64,000 bases of DNA from an uncultured Pseudomonadota bacterium (GCA_902784345.1 CACZUD010000002.1:92409-156408), one strand, 5' to 3'; numbered from the stretch's first letter, positions 48,891 through 57,724 are shown. Numbers and translations: made by a program. The notes: generated by a model not told the origin, from the letters alone.

Positions 48891-50492
48891 ATGTATATCA
48901 ATAAATTTTTAGTTTTTGCGTCCCTGTTATTGGCGTCTTGTGGCACGAATCAGGCGACAAAACCTGTATCTGTGGCTACATCAGAACCAACAGATATTCA
49001 AAATGGTTTTGTTCCAACAACATCTCTTTACGGTTATGACGAAGACGGTCCAAAAGCCAATATCGCGGTATTATTGCCAACCAGTGGTCCTGCAAAATCT
49101 TTTGGAAACGGAATAAAAGCATCTATAGAAGCAGCGTTTTTACGCAAGCCGATGGAAAATATAACTGTTTCCTTCTATGATTTATCCGGCGAAAAATCAA
49201 GACGCGATTTAGTCATACGGGACGCACTTAATAACGACCCTGATGTTATAATCGGCCCATTATTTGCCGAAGACACAATCGCACTGCGCGACGCAAAACC
49301 ATCACGCACACCTGTTATTTCGTTCACTTCTGATGTGAACGCATTGGGCAACAATGTTGTAACAATGAATTTAATCCCAACACAAAGCATTGAAACAATT
49401 GTACGTCAAATGCAATTGGACGGCGCAAAAACTATGTTAGTTCTGGCACCAGATGATAATTCTGGACAATTGATGGCGGCAACAGCAACAAAAGTAGCAG
49501 ACGCTTATAGATTACCTATCAACGGACTGTTTTACTATAAATCTGGTGATTCTAATTCAATCAAAGACGTTGCCATGCGCGCTTCTATGTACAACGCACG
49601 CAACGCTGCAAACACACGCGCACGCGAAGTATTATCAGATATAATTAACAAAGAACAACTGGACGGTGCAACCAGGGCAAACCTTAGAAACCAACTGGAA
49701 AAAATATCACGCAATGAAACATTGGGCGAATTACCATATGATTCAATATTGTTCTTGGGGTCTGGTGAAGACACAAAAACACTGGCATCATTCTTGCGCT
49801 ATTATGGCATAGGTAATCGCGATGCTGCGTTTTACGGAACGACACTTTGGCATGGCAGCGACATTGCATCTGATTTTACATTAAGTGGTGCGAAATACGC
49901 AACCCTGCCACCTATATCAGATAATTTTGTTTCGCTTTACAACATGGTTGTGGGCAAAGATCCAGATTATTTGTCTGCGTTTGGTTATGATGCAGCGAAT
50001 ATATCACTTGGAATGCTTTACAGCAACAAATCGAAAGATGCATATCTTTTTGACCCAAGCGGCTATATTGGCACAACAGGCATATTCCGCCTACAACCAT
50101 CTGGCGAATCAGAAAGAGCTTTGCGCATAATGGAATTAAACGGCAGTGGCGAAGCAACTATGCTTAAAGCAGAATCTAAAAACTTCCTTGTGCCACTTTA
50201 CAGCATAAATATATCTGATTTGAACACAGTACCAGAAAAAGAACTGAAAACACGCGGTGTAAATCCAGGCGATTATATAACAATACCGGAAAACCTGCGT
50301 TATAAATCACAATACAGGACCAAGACAATCGGGGCGAACTATGTATCCGACATCGAAGAAATCGCGACAGACGCACCAGTTCAAATCTATGCCAGCGACG
50401 AAACAGAAACTGTTTCAAATGAAGAGTTTGAACCTGTAAAAATAGAGACAGTATCACGCAAATATATCGATAGTGTCGAAGTACTGGAATAA
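48891..50492 (+). CDS. LpoA-like / type-1 periplasmic-binding-fold lipoprotein (possible PBP activator)
   Basis: Lipobox LLLASC, a PBP1-like core (IAVLLPTSGP..., VIIGPL) and divergent pairing with rsmI, as known for yraL/yraM in enterobacteria. Confidence 0.5.
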   Translation: MYINKFLVFASLLLASCGTNQATKPVSVATSEPTDIQNGFVPTTSLYGYDEDGPKANIAVLLPTSGPAKSFGNGIKASIEAAFLRKPMENITVSFYDLSGEKSRRDLVIRDALNNDPDVIIGPLFAEDTIALRDAKPSRTPVISFTSDVNALGNNVVTMNLIPTQSIETIVRQMQLDGAKTMLVLAPDDNSGQLMAATATKVADAYRLPINGLFYYKSGDSNSIKDVAMRASMYNARNAANTRAREVLSDIINKEQLDGATRANLRNQLEKISRNETLGELPYDSILFLGSGEDTKTLASFLRYYGIGNRDAAFYGTTLWHGSDIASDFTLSGAKYATLPPISDNFVSLYNMVVGKDPDYLSAFGYDAANISLGMLYSNKSKDAYLFDPSGYIGTTGIFRLQPSGESERALRIMELNGSGEATMLKAESKNFLVPLYSINISDLNTVPEKELKTRGVNPGDYITIPENLRYKSQYRTKTIGANYVSDIEEIATDAPVQIYASDETETVSNEEFEPVKIETVSRKYIDSVEVLE

Positions 50493-50496
50493 ATAC

Positions 50497-50524
50497 TTGC
50501 GTTTATAAAAAAATAAGATATAAT
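50497..50524 (+). promoter_or_regulatory. sigma70-like promoter for the tRNA-Gly/tRNA-Tyr unit
   Basis: TTGCGT, 16 nt, TATAAT, about 20 bp upstream of tRNA-Gly. Confidence 0.35.
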
Positions 50525-50545
50525 TGGTGGGCTTACGAAATCGTT

Positions 50546-50620
50546 GCGAGCATAGTTCAAAGGCTAGAATGCAAGCCTTCCAAGCTTGAAATGAGGGTTC
50601 GATTCCCTCTGCTCGCACCA
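50546..50620 (+). tRNA. tRNA-Gly (anticodon UCC), CCA encoded
   Basis: Hand-folded cloverleaf. Acceptor gcgagca/tgctcgc, anticodon stem caagc/gcttg with loop cTTCCaa, T arm gaggg-ttcgatt-ccctc. Confidence 0.9.
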
Positions 50621-50700
50621 CGAATTTTCACCGAAGCGCAAGCGAGGGCTGAAAATTCAGTGCCGCGGATTTGCATAAGCAAAGACGGGCAAAACGTTCT

Positions 50701-50787
50701 GGGCGTGCGCCGGAGTTGGAGAGCCGGGGCAGACTGTAAATCTGTTGTCTTAAGACTGAGGTGGTTCGAATCCACCCACTCCCACCA
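50701..50787 (+). tRNA. tRNA-Tyr (anticodon GUA), class II with a long variable arm, CCA encoded
   Basis: Anticodon stem gcaga/tctgt with loop cTGTAaa, a 14-nt variable arm and T arm ggtgg-ttcgaat-ccacc. The acceptor gggcgtg/cactccc has one C-U mismatch, and position 8 reads C in my fold. Confidence 0.75.
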
Positions 50788-50790
50788 AAA
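50773..50790 (+). repeat. 18-bp direct repeat, copy 1 (3' end of tRNA-Tyr)
   Basis: CACCCACTCCCACCAAAA is identical to 51031-51048. Confidence 0.9.
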
Positions 50791-50797
50791 ACACAAA

Positions 50798-50820
50798 CCG
50801 ACCAAATGGTCGGTTTTTGT
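50798..50820 (+). terminator. rho-independent terminator after tRNA-Tyr
   Basis: ccgacc-aaat-ggtcgg hairpin followed by a T-run. Confidence 0.7.
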
Positions 50821-50861
50821 TTTTGCTGTGGTGTGGTTTAGCAAGAATCCCTTTGGTTCGA

Positions 50862-50946
50862 CAAGCAGTAGATTTCACAAGTGCAACGCTGTGAAATCGT
50901 TACGATTGCCGCACAGCCGGCACATTGTGCCGAGCGAGCGAATCCA
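50862..50946. repeat. GC-rich palindromic repeat, family B, copy 2 (inverted relative to copy 1)
   Basis: aagcagtagatttcacaagtgcaacgctgtgaaatcgttacgattgccgcacagccggcacattgtgccgagcgagcgaatcc. The hairpins are gatttcaca/tgtgaaatc and cggcac/gtgccg. Confidence 0.7.
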
Positions 50947-51030
50947 CAGATGAACAATTAACAAACCTGCAAAAACGGATATATTTAATAGAGTTTTCGC
51001 GTCTAGATTTGGTTATTGTTTATCAAGGCG

Positions 51031-51048
51031 CACCCACTCCCACCAAAA
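51031..51048 (+). repeat. 18-bp direct repeat, copy 2 (displaced tRNA-Tyr 3' end; att-like)
   Basis: CACCCACTCCCACCAAAA. The upstream flank has no tRNA T-arm similarity. Confidence 0.9.
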
Positions 51049-51054
51049 TAAAAA

Positions 51055-51085
51055 ACACACCTTTACGGTGTGTTTCTTATTTTGC
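51055..51085. terminator. bidirectional hairpin terminator
   Basis: cacacc-tttac-ggtgtg, with T-runs on both strands. On the minus strand it immediately follows the acyltransferase stop. Confidence 0.6.
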
Positions 51086-51089
51086 TAAA

Positions 51090-52139
51090 TTATTTCGTAT
51101 TATCTGGCAAACTTTGTCCTTTGATATTTAAAACTTTGAATATCGCGGGTTCAACATAGTCTTTGAACAATTTACCAAAACCAAACGACAAAACCACAAT
51201 CGCCAACCCTGTTAATATAGGTGCTTTCTGTGGGAACAAATATCTTTGACCTATAATAATAGCAAACAATTGAAATACATAAATTTCATAACAGTATTTT
51301 GATACATACGACACCCATTTTTGTTTGTTTAAAAACTTAAATACCAATCCGTATTCTCTTACAGCAAGAAAAACAAACAAAGCTGCCCATAACACATGAT
51401 TTAAAACCATACCTGTATCACGTACAACAAAGCCAGGGTACAAGAATGCCATTACAACAACTAATAATTCAAAAGCCGCAAAGGCATAACTTTTTGAAAC
51501 TTTATTATCTGAATTATTTGAAATACTTAAAGGTATTGCAGATAACAATATTCCCATTCCCATAAATGAAAGACATCTTAATAAACCACCATCGATTAAT
51601 AAAAAGCCCAGCGTATGGAAATGTACATCTACATTTTTACCAAGGAACAACATCATCAATGCTGCAAAAGATATAAGCGCGGTACTGAATAAACTTTTCT
51701 TTTTATCAAACAAAATGAATAAAGCCGCATAAAAAATCCAGCACCAAAACATCGCATCTACAAACCAAATAATATGCGATATAGTTGGAACATATATCCC
51801 AATATTAGCATTTAACATCGTTAAATTTGTTAAAGCATAATCTAACCCATGATTCAAAAAAATCATTATGCACAGTTTACAAAAAACAAGTGCAGGTAAT
51901 AACCTTAACATACGATGTTTCAAAACAGGCCAAAAACTTGTATTTTCTTTATTGACAGATTTAAACAGAAAGAACCCACAAATTAATAAAAATATATCCA
52001 CGTGCGTTCCCATCGAATACAATACTTTACCAAAAAAAGCCGACAAAGAACCGTAATAGTTAACCATGGCAGTATGCGATAAAATAATCAAAAACAAAAG
52101 CCATACTCGTAAAAACTCTATTGAATAATATTTTTTCAT
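51090..52139 (-). CDS. acyltransferase family 3 (O-acyltransferase-type) integral membrane protein
   Basis: YYSIEFLRVWLLFLIILSHT N-terminus (the family's conserved R and H) and about 10 TM helices. Confidence 0.8.
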   Translation of the reverse strand: MKKYYSIEFLRVWLLFLIILSHTAMVNYYGSLSAFFGKVLYSMGTHVDIFLLICGFFLFKSVNKENTSFWPVLKHRMLRLLPALVFCKLCIMIFLNHGLDYALTNLTMLNANIGIYVPTISHIIWFVDAMFWCWIFYAALFILFDKKKSLFSTALISFAALMMLFLGKNVDVHFHTLGFLLIDGGLLRCLSFMGMGILLSAIPLSISNNSDNKVSKSYAFAAFELLVVVMAFLYPGFVVRDTGMVLNHVLWAALFVFLAVREYGLVFKFLNKQKWVSYVSKYCYEIYVFQLFAIIIGQRYLFPQKAPILTGLAIVVLSFGFGKLFKDYVEPAIFKVLNIKGQSLPDNTK

Positions 52140-52276
52140 ATCAAATCCTTTATGTATACTCTGATACTATTCTTATATACAGATTTTTTCAACTAAAATC
52201 TTTTTACAGTTCTTTACCCCCAGACTAAACTGATAAGTCATTGTTTATACTTGATTAACAGGAAATTATTGTGATT

Positions 52277-52576
52277 CTATTTTTCTAAATCTTTATACGC
52301 CGCGTTGAACAATTGTTCTAATAACTCTTGATTTTCAACATCAGTTATCATAATCATTGGTTTGCCTTTTGGGTATGGAATTTCCATTTTTGCGTTTGGC
52401 ATAATTTTTAAAACTGATTCTGTTGGTTTTATCAGCAATCGGTTATCATAAATTCCACCAACAATTTTGCCACGATAGTAAATTATAAATTCACCCATCA
52501 TCGCACGATAATCTATATCAGGCAATCCAGACAATTGGTCCAAGACAAAATCTAAAAAATCTTTACTGGAAGACAT
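52277..52576 (-). CDS. TfoX/Sxy N-terminal-domain family protein
   Basis: FLDFVLDQLSGL...YRAMMGEFIIYYRGKIVGGIYDNRLLIK matches the recalled TfoX_N pattern. An alternative start lies at 52591. Confidence 0.65.
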   Translation of the reverse strand: MSSSKDFLDFVLDQLSGLPDIDYRAMMGEFIIYYRGKIVGGIYDNRLLIKPTESVLKIMPNAKMEIPYPKGKPMIMITDVENQELLEQLFNAAYKDLEK

Positions 52577-52589
52577 AAGAATATTATAC

Positions 52590-52617
52590 AAAAAAAATAC
52601 CGGCTTTTCACCGGTAT
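52590..52617 (-). terminator. rho-independent terminator after the 52621-52893 gene
   Basis: ataccgg-cttttca-ccggtat hairpin. On the minus strand it is followed by T7. Confidence 0.7.
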
Positions 52618-52620
52618 TTT

Positions 52621-52893
52621 TTATTTCATTGGCGGAAAACAGTTATCGCCACCTTCTGGGCAACATACCATCCATCCATTACCAGCATCGGTATAAACTT
52701 CACCCGCACAGCATCCGTTTTTATCAGGACGCGCACCATCACTGCAAGTTACAAAGAAACCGTTCCAATTATCGATAACATAATAAGTTGTATAACCAAT
52801 CAGACCACCCAACATAAACGCAACCACAATCCAAATCCAAGATTTACAAGTTTTTTGTTCTTTTGCTGATTTTTTCATTACTGTTTTTTTCAT
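52621..52893 (-). CDS. small membrane-anchored Cys-rich protein
   Basis: Basic N-terminus, one TM helix (WIWIVVAFMLGGLIGYTTYYVI) and a 45-aa tail with six Cys including two CC pairs. Confidence 0.5.
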   Translation of the reverse strand: MKKTVMKKSAKEQKTCKSWIWIVVAFMLGGLIGYTTYYVIDNWNGFFVTCSDGARPDKNGCCAGEVYTDAGNGWMVCCPEGGDNCFPPMK

Positions 52894-52903
52894 CTCTCGC
52901 CCC

Positions 52904-53575
52904 TTAATCTTCGTCTATGATTTTTTCTAACTGTATTATAAAGTCAATCGCAGGATTAGTCAATTTTTTTGCCTTTTCAATCATACGTTCCGCTTCTGCT
53001 TGCATTTGCAATCTTTTATATGTTTCAACGATTTCAACAGATTCTTCGGGGTCACGCTGTATATTATCATCATTTAATGCACGTGCGATTTCCAATTCTT
53101 GTTTTGCCAATTGTTTATATTGTTCTGAATGTTCTGGACATCCACGTTCAGACAAATTCGCATAAACTTTCGCATTATCAACATGGGCTTCTGAATCAGG
53201 ACTGTCAACAGAATACAAATGTTCTAATAATATTCGTTCTATTTGACCACATGTCGATTCAGGCATTTTATTTTCTTCCATTCTTGGTTGTGGTTTTGGT
53301 TCGTTAAAATTTCTGTCCAAACAATTTTCAGAATAGATTTTATTTAATTGCCCTATTTCTTCATAATTGTTATTTTCTATTGCGCGTTGCATTTTAACTG
53401 ACAAATATTCACACTGTGCCTTGGTCATTATTGAATGGTTTATCCTGTCGGCACCATTCAAAATAAAACCGACCAATGCCCCCATCAAAAACAGCGCAAT
53501 CATACCAATTGTGCCGTAAAGGCGATATTTTTTATATTCATTATTTTTTGTGTTTTTCATTTTTTCTCTCTCCAT
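52904..53575 (-). CDS. hypothetical membrane-anchored helical protein
   Basis: One TM helix (LYGTIGMIALFLMGALVGFIL) followed by an acidic helical domain with four Cys. No family recognised. Confidence 0.5.
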   Translation of the reverse strand: MEREKMKNTKNNEYKKYRLYGTIGMIALFLMGALVGFILNGADRINHSIMTKAQCEYLSVKMQRAIENNNYEEIGQLNKIYSENCLDRNFNEPKPQPRMEENKMPESTCGQIERILLEHLYSVDSPDSEAHVDNAKVYANLSERGCPEHSEQYKQLAKQELEIARALNDDNIQRDPEESVEIVETYKRLQMQAEAERMIEKAKKLTNPAIDFIIQLEKIIDED

Positions 53576-53585
53576 TTATTTTAGT

Positions 53586-54296
53586 TTATTTCACGATACC
53601 ATCTTTGATGGTAATTATTCTGTCTGCACGTTTCGCCAAATTCATATCATGCGTCACAAACAACATAGACATTTTGCTTTTACGCACTAAATCTAACAAC
53701 AAATCAAACACAACCTTTGCGTGTTCCGGATCCAAAGAACCGGTTGGTTCGTCTGCCAATAAAATTTCAGGATTATTTGCAATTGCACGCGCAATCGCAA
53801 CACGTTGTTGTTCGCCGCCTGACATCTCTGCCGGAAAATGAGATGCGCGATGCGCTACATTTGCTAACTTTAATAATTTCATCGCACGGGCGCACGCGAC
53901 ATTTTCACTTGTTCCATTTGCCATCATTGGCATCACCACATTTTCAAGTGCAGTAAAATCAGACAACAAATTATGTTTTTGATAAACAAAGCCTATCTTT
54001 TGACGACGCAACATAGTGCGTGTTTCTTCATTGATTTTATCAATCGGATGACCATTTATAAATATATCACCACCTGTTGGTTTATCCAAAAGCCCGACAC
54101 ACTGCAAAAGTGTAGATTTACCAGAACCACTTTGTCCAACCAGAGCAACTATTTCCCCACGATACAAATCAAAACCACCACCACGAAGAATATTCAATGG
54201 CTGACCAGCTTCAACAAAGGTCTTTTTAATATCGCGCACAGACAACACTGTGTCTTTTTTTGATACTCTTGATAAAGAATTCAATATACTTACCAT
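53586..54296 (-). CDS. lolD: lipoprotein-releasing ABC transporter ATP-binding protein LolD
   Basis: GQSGSGKST, MSGGEQQRVAIARA and LLADEPTGSLD. It lies downstream of a LolC/E permease. Confidence 0.9.
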   Translation of the reverse strand: MVSILNSLSRVSKKDTVLSVRDIKKTFVEAGQPLNILRGGGFDLYRGEIVALVGQSGSGKSTLLQCVGLLDKPTGGDIFINGHPIDKINEETRTMLRRQKIGFVYQKHNLLSDFTALENVVMPMMANGTSENVACARAMKLLKLANVAHRASHFPAEMSGGEQQRVAIARAIANNPEILLADEPTGSLDPEHAKVVFDLLLDLVRKSKMSMLFVTHDMNLAKRADRIITIKDGIVK

Positions 54297-54305
54297 TTAT
54301 GTCAC

Positions 54306-55562
54306 CTATTCGTTACGCAGTGTTTCTACTGGATCTGTGTTTGCCGCGCGCCATGCAGGATAAAGCGTTGCCAAGAAAGATAATGCAATCGCAATCAGCG
54401 CAATACTTACAACTGTTGATGGCACTAATTTAGACGGCAATTCAGAAAGCGAATATAACTGTGCTGGAAACAAATCGCGCCCTGTGATAAATTGGAAAAA
54501 CTTTCTTATTGGTTCAATATATATCGCCATCAATACACCAAACAAAGTTCCAAATGTCGCACCAATTATACCAATCGAAGTTCCAGACAAAATAAATATC
54601 TTCATCATAGATTTACGCGACACACCAAAAGTACGCAACACCGCAATATCTTTGTTTTTATCTTTCACCAACATAACCAGTGAAGAAATAATATTAAACG
54701 CTGCTACAATAACTATTAATAACAAGATAAGGAACATCACACTGGATTCGACCTGCAGTGCACCTACAAAGCCACGATTCAAATCACGCCAATCACGAAT
54801 AACAAAACCTTCGGGCAACAATGCATCCAAAGCCTTTACCACTGTTTCGCTTTGTTCTGCATCGGTTAAGTACAAATCAATATGCGTTACAGAATTTTCA
54901 ATATTTAAATATTTTTGGGCTGTAGCCAGCGGCATAAAAATATAACCATTATCATATTCGTACATACCAACAAAGAACGAAGATACAACCGGATACGCCA
55001 TAATGCGTGGCATTGTTCCAAAAGGCGTTGCCGTTCCACCATTTGCAGAAATTAACGACACTTTGTCACCAGCGGTTACGTGCAAATTACGGGACAGCGA
55101 AGAACCGATTATCAATTCACCGTCTTTGATTTTATCCAAACTTTTACCATAAATACGCGTTCCTGAATTTGTCTTGGAAATCAAATCCGGCATACGAATA
55201 CCACGAACAATAGCCCCCGAATTATTACCATTTGCAGAAGCCATTATTTGACCTTCGGCAATTGGGACAATAGATGTTGCATATTTTTCAACAACTTTGT
55301 TTTGACGCATTTTTTCAATCAAGAAATCATAATCAGAAATAACACCATCTTGATGATAAACAACAACATGCCCGTTCATACCAATAATACGCGAAAGAAG
55401 CGTATCATGGAATCCGCCCATCACAGACATAACCACAATAAGCGTTGCAACACCAAGTGTAATTCCTATTAATGATACCCACGAAACAACGGAACCAAAA
55501 CCACGTTTCTTTGCACGCAAATATCTGAACGCAATCTTTTTTTCCAAAGCACTGAACAACAT
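54306..55562 (-). CDS. lolC: lipoprotein-releasing system permease LolC/LolE family
   Basis: FSALEKKIAFRYLRAKK N-terminus, a MacB-like periplasmic domain and an FtsX C-terminal domain. Confidence 0.9.
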   Translation of the reverse strand: MLFSALEKKIAFRYLRAKKRGFGSVVSWVSLIGITLGVATLIVVMSVMGGFHDTLLSRIIGMNGHVVVYHQDGVISDYDFLIEKMRQNKVVEKYATSIVPIAEGQIMASANGNNSGAIVRGIRMPDLISKTNSGTRIYGKSLDKIKDGELIIGSSLSRNLHVTAGDKVSLISANGGTATPFGTMPRIMAYPVVSSFFVGMYEYDNGYIFMPLATAQKYLNIENSVTHIDLYLTDAEQSETVVKALDALLPEGFVIRDWRDLNRGFVGALQVESSVMFLILLLIVIVAAFNIISSLVMLVKDKNKDIAVLRTFGVSRKSMMKIFILSGTSIGIIGATFGTLFGVLMAIYIEPIRKFFQFITGRDLFPAQLYSLSELPSKLVPSTVVSIALIAIALSFLATLYPAWRAANTDPVETLRNE

Positions 55563-55573
55563 CTTTTACCCCA

Positions 55574-56908
55574 CTATTGATTCAAGAAATCACGTAATTC
55601 ATCACCAGACAAAGACTTAGCAGACTTTACGTCCCCAGCATCAACAATAGATATCAAACGTGGTGACATAAACACAACCAATTCTGCAAATGGCGATATC
55701 AATGTTTCAGGCGTAGTCACAAATGAATGCGTAGGAATACCAACAATCACATAATTATCCCCAACATTCGAAGGTATTTTAAATGAAGACAATTCGCCGT
55801 TTGTTGTTGATAAAACTATCTTTGCATCAATCTTTTTATAACCACCGTAATCACCATACTTTCCGGTTGCGCCAATTATTAAATCTGTTTCAAGACGGTC
55901 TTCTTTGCCACATTGTCCAATATCAAATCTGGACTGCCAACCATTTGGTATTGCAAAAGTCCCCTGTGAAACAAGAACCATATTCGCTTGCCCAGCAATA
56001 AATTCTTGTAATGTCTTTGTGTTTATCTCGGGGCTTACAACCAATGCACGTCCAACAACACCTGGGATAGACATACGAATATTGCTTTCCCCAAACGCAG
56101 GCAACATATTCATCCAAATAATCGGATTATCTGTTTTTGGATACACACGATAAACATCTATATCCCACGCCAAAACATATTTCTTTGAAGCGACATCAGC
56201 TATTATTTTTGAAACTTCGCGTTCTGTCTGATAGTTTCCTTCGAACACAACAGTTTTATCTTGCCAATTCACCAATAAATTACCAACGTCGGCACCACGC
56301 ATAGCATCCAGTATAGCCATTATTATTGTTTCATCTTTTGGCATTTTTATCATCCATTTGCCCTGACCAGTCAAATGGATTTCGCCAAATTCAGCGTCAT
56401 ATGAATAATAAACTTTGCCCATTTTTGCCATCAATTCAACCGCATCACTTAAAGAACTGGTTGAAATCGTTCCAGAAATTTTTTCAAAAGTCGCTTGATC
56501 TTCAATTACAGAAATATCAGTATCTTCTAACAATTTTTCCAACGCATCTTTTACATATTGTCTTTTGAAATCGTAATCAGAAACCTTTAAATCAGGCAAT
56601 TCATCACCCGTATTAAGACGCACAATTTCTATCTTTTCTTCTGGGACGACGCTTACAACACTTTGGTTATTCCAATCAACAGTACATCTTTTTGGCAAAT
56701 CCAAAGCAAATCTTTGCGCAGTATCGGTTGTTAGTGCCGCCTTCTTTGGAAAAATAGGCACAGAATTTTCATCAATAACTGTATTTTCAACAACGTCTAT
56801 TGTATCATACAGTGGCATATTTTGTTGTTTTCTTGCACACCCAGAAACAACCATTGCACATACTACACCAGATAAAACAATTGTTTTTTTGATATTATTT
56901 AGTGCCAT
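55574..56908 (-). CDS. outer-membrane lipoprotein with secretin-like architecture (PilN/BfpB/TcpC-like?)
   Basis: Lipobox VVSGC and an N0-like module (VKDALEKLLEDTDISVIEDQ...LSDAVELMAKMGKVYYSY). The C-terminal block (AWDIDVYRVY ... LVSQGTFAIPNGWQSRFDIGQ ... ELVVFMSPRLISI) resembles the secretin domain and its '...lvvfvtPriv' end. Confidence 0.45.
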   Translation of the reverse strand: MALNNIKKTIVLSGVVCAMVVSGCARKQQNMPLYDTIDVVENTVIDENSVPIFPKKAALTTDTAQRFALDLPKRCTVDWNNQSVVSVVPEEKIEIVRLNTGDELPDLKVSDYDFKRQYVKDALEKLLEDTDISVIEDQATFEKISGTISTSSLSDAVELMAKMGKVYYSYDAEFGEIHLTGQGKWMIKMPKDETIIMAILDAMRGADVGNLLVNWQDKTVVFEGNYQTEREVSKIIADVASKKYVLAWDIDVYRVYPKTDNPIIWMNMLPAFGESNIRMSIPGVVGRALVVSPEINTKTLQEFIAGQANMVLVSQGTFAIPNGWQSRFDIGQCGKEDRLETDLIIGATGKYGDYGGYKKIDAKIVLSTTNGELSSFKIPSNVGDNYVIVGIPTHSFVTTPETLISPFAELVVFMSPRLISIVDAGDVKSAKSLSGDELRDFLNQ

Positions 56909-56944
56909 TTTTCTTCCTTTTTTATCTTTTATTTTATGATATTA

Positions 56945-57268
56945 CTAAATATTCATAATTTTTTCAAACTCTTCCAACGACATTTCATAAATAGGTTTTT
57001 GATTTGGCGTTACCAAATTTTTCACTTTTTCAAATTGCTTTTCAAATAAATTCATCGCATCAAGAACAGATTTATCAATTTGCGCGCCAGATTTTTTTAA
57101 TCTGTTTCCATATTCTACAATGTATTCCAGAACATCAGCTGCAAAAAATCGACCCACATAATTTTCCAGCGCAATTCCGCCTTTTTCAACACAAATTGCG
57201 GACAAAACACGCGACATTTCATTATAAAAATTAGCTAACTTTATATAATTTTGAACGCTTATTGACAT
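56945..57268 (-). CDS. hypothetical soluble helical protein
   Basis: 107-aa ORF upstream of the secretin-like gene on the same strand. No motif recognised. Confidence 0.4.
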   Translation of the reverse strand: MSISVQNYIKLANFYNEMSRVLSAICVEKGGIALENYVGRFFAADVLEYIVEYGNRLKKSGAQIDKSVLDAMNLFEKQFEKVKNLVTPNQKPIYEMSLEEFEKIMNI

Positions 57269-57343
57269 CTGCCTTCCTCTGGTTTGTTTTTTACATTATA
57301 AAAACTATTGCCACACAAACGCAATTAAATTATAATATAAAAT

Positions 57344-57724
57344 ATGAAAATGAAATATTTATTCTTATTTTTAGCTTTAACAGGATGTGCGTCTGCAAAT
57401 CGTGGTTCGATTGATGATGCAACAATATTGAATTGGGAAAATGATGCTGTGACCACAGAACAATTCGTTCGCGACCACAAATCTTGTTTGGGCATAAAAG
57501 ACTCTAACTATGTCCCACGGTCCAGAATTGCAAAATTATTATCCCCAAATCAAAGCGCACAAATGCCTGATTGGGATGGGCTTTGGGTAACTTTTCAATC
57601 AAATGAATATAAAGATGTTGGACAACGCGCCCTGCTTTCTATTCCGCCAAACAAAGCCTCTAAAACGGTTGGGTATTATCGTAAGTGTATGTTAAGACGC
57701 GGTTATTTGTTGCGTGCACAATAA
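57344..57724 (+). CDS. hypothetical lipoprotein
   Basis: Signal peptide with lipobox LALTGC. Confidence 0.55.
   Translation: MKMKYLFLFLALTGCASANRGSIDDATILNWENDAVTTEQFVRDHKSCLGIKDSNYVPRSRIAKLLSPNQSAQMPDWDGLWVTFQSNEYKDVGQRALLSIPPNKASKTVGYYRKCMLRRGYLLRAQ

Noticed and set aside
48842-48946. 35-codon N-terminal extension of RsmI
   Set aside because: It would overlap the lpoA-like start region. The conserved RsmI N-terminus begins at MQSGLYVVGTPIGNL.
50534-50552. A 12-nt identity (GAAATCGTTGCG) between the tRNA-Gly 5' edge and the family-B repeat, suggesting a tRNA-derived origin of the repeat
   Set aside because: The match is too short to support homology by itself. It is kept only as a note under the family-B finding.
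23235-50820. The serS, typA and tRNA-Tyr terminators share a CC(C/A)AAA(T/C)GG-type hairpin with compensatory stem changes, which looked like a repeat family
   Set aside because: The shared part is only about 20 nt and is what any GC-stem, T-run intrinsic terminator looks like. That is too short to call a dispersed element without a genome-wide count.
50557-50953. ORFs 50557-50844 (-) and 50591-50953 (+), of 95 and 120 aa
   Set aside because: They run straight across tRNA-Gly, tRNA-Tyr and the GC-rich repeat. Their Arg/Ser/Cys-rich translations are typical of structured RNA or repeat DNA, not of genes.
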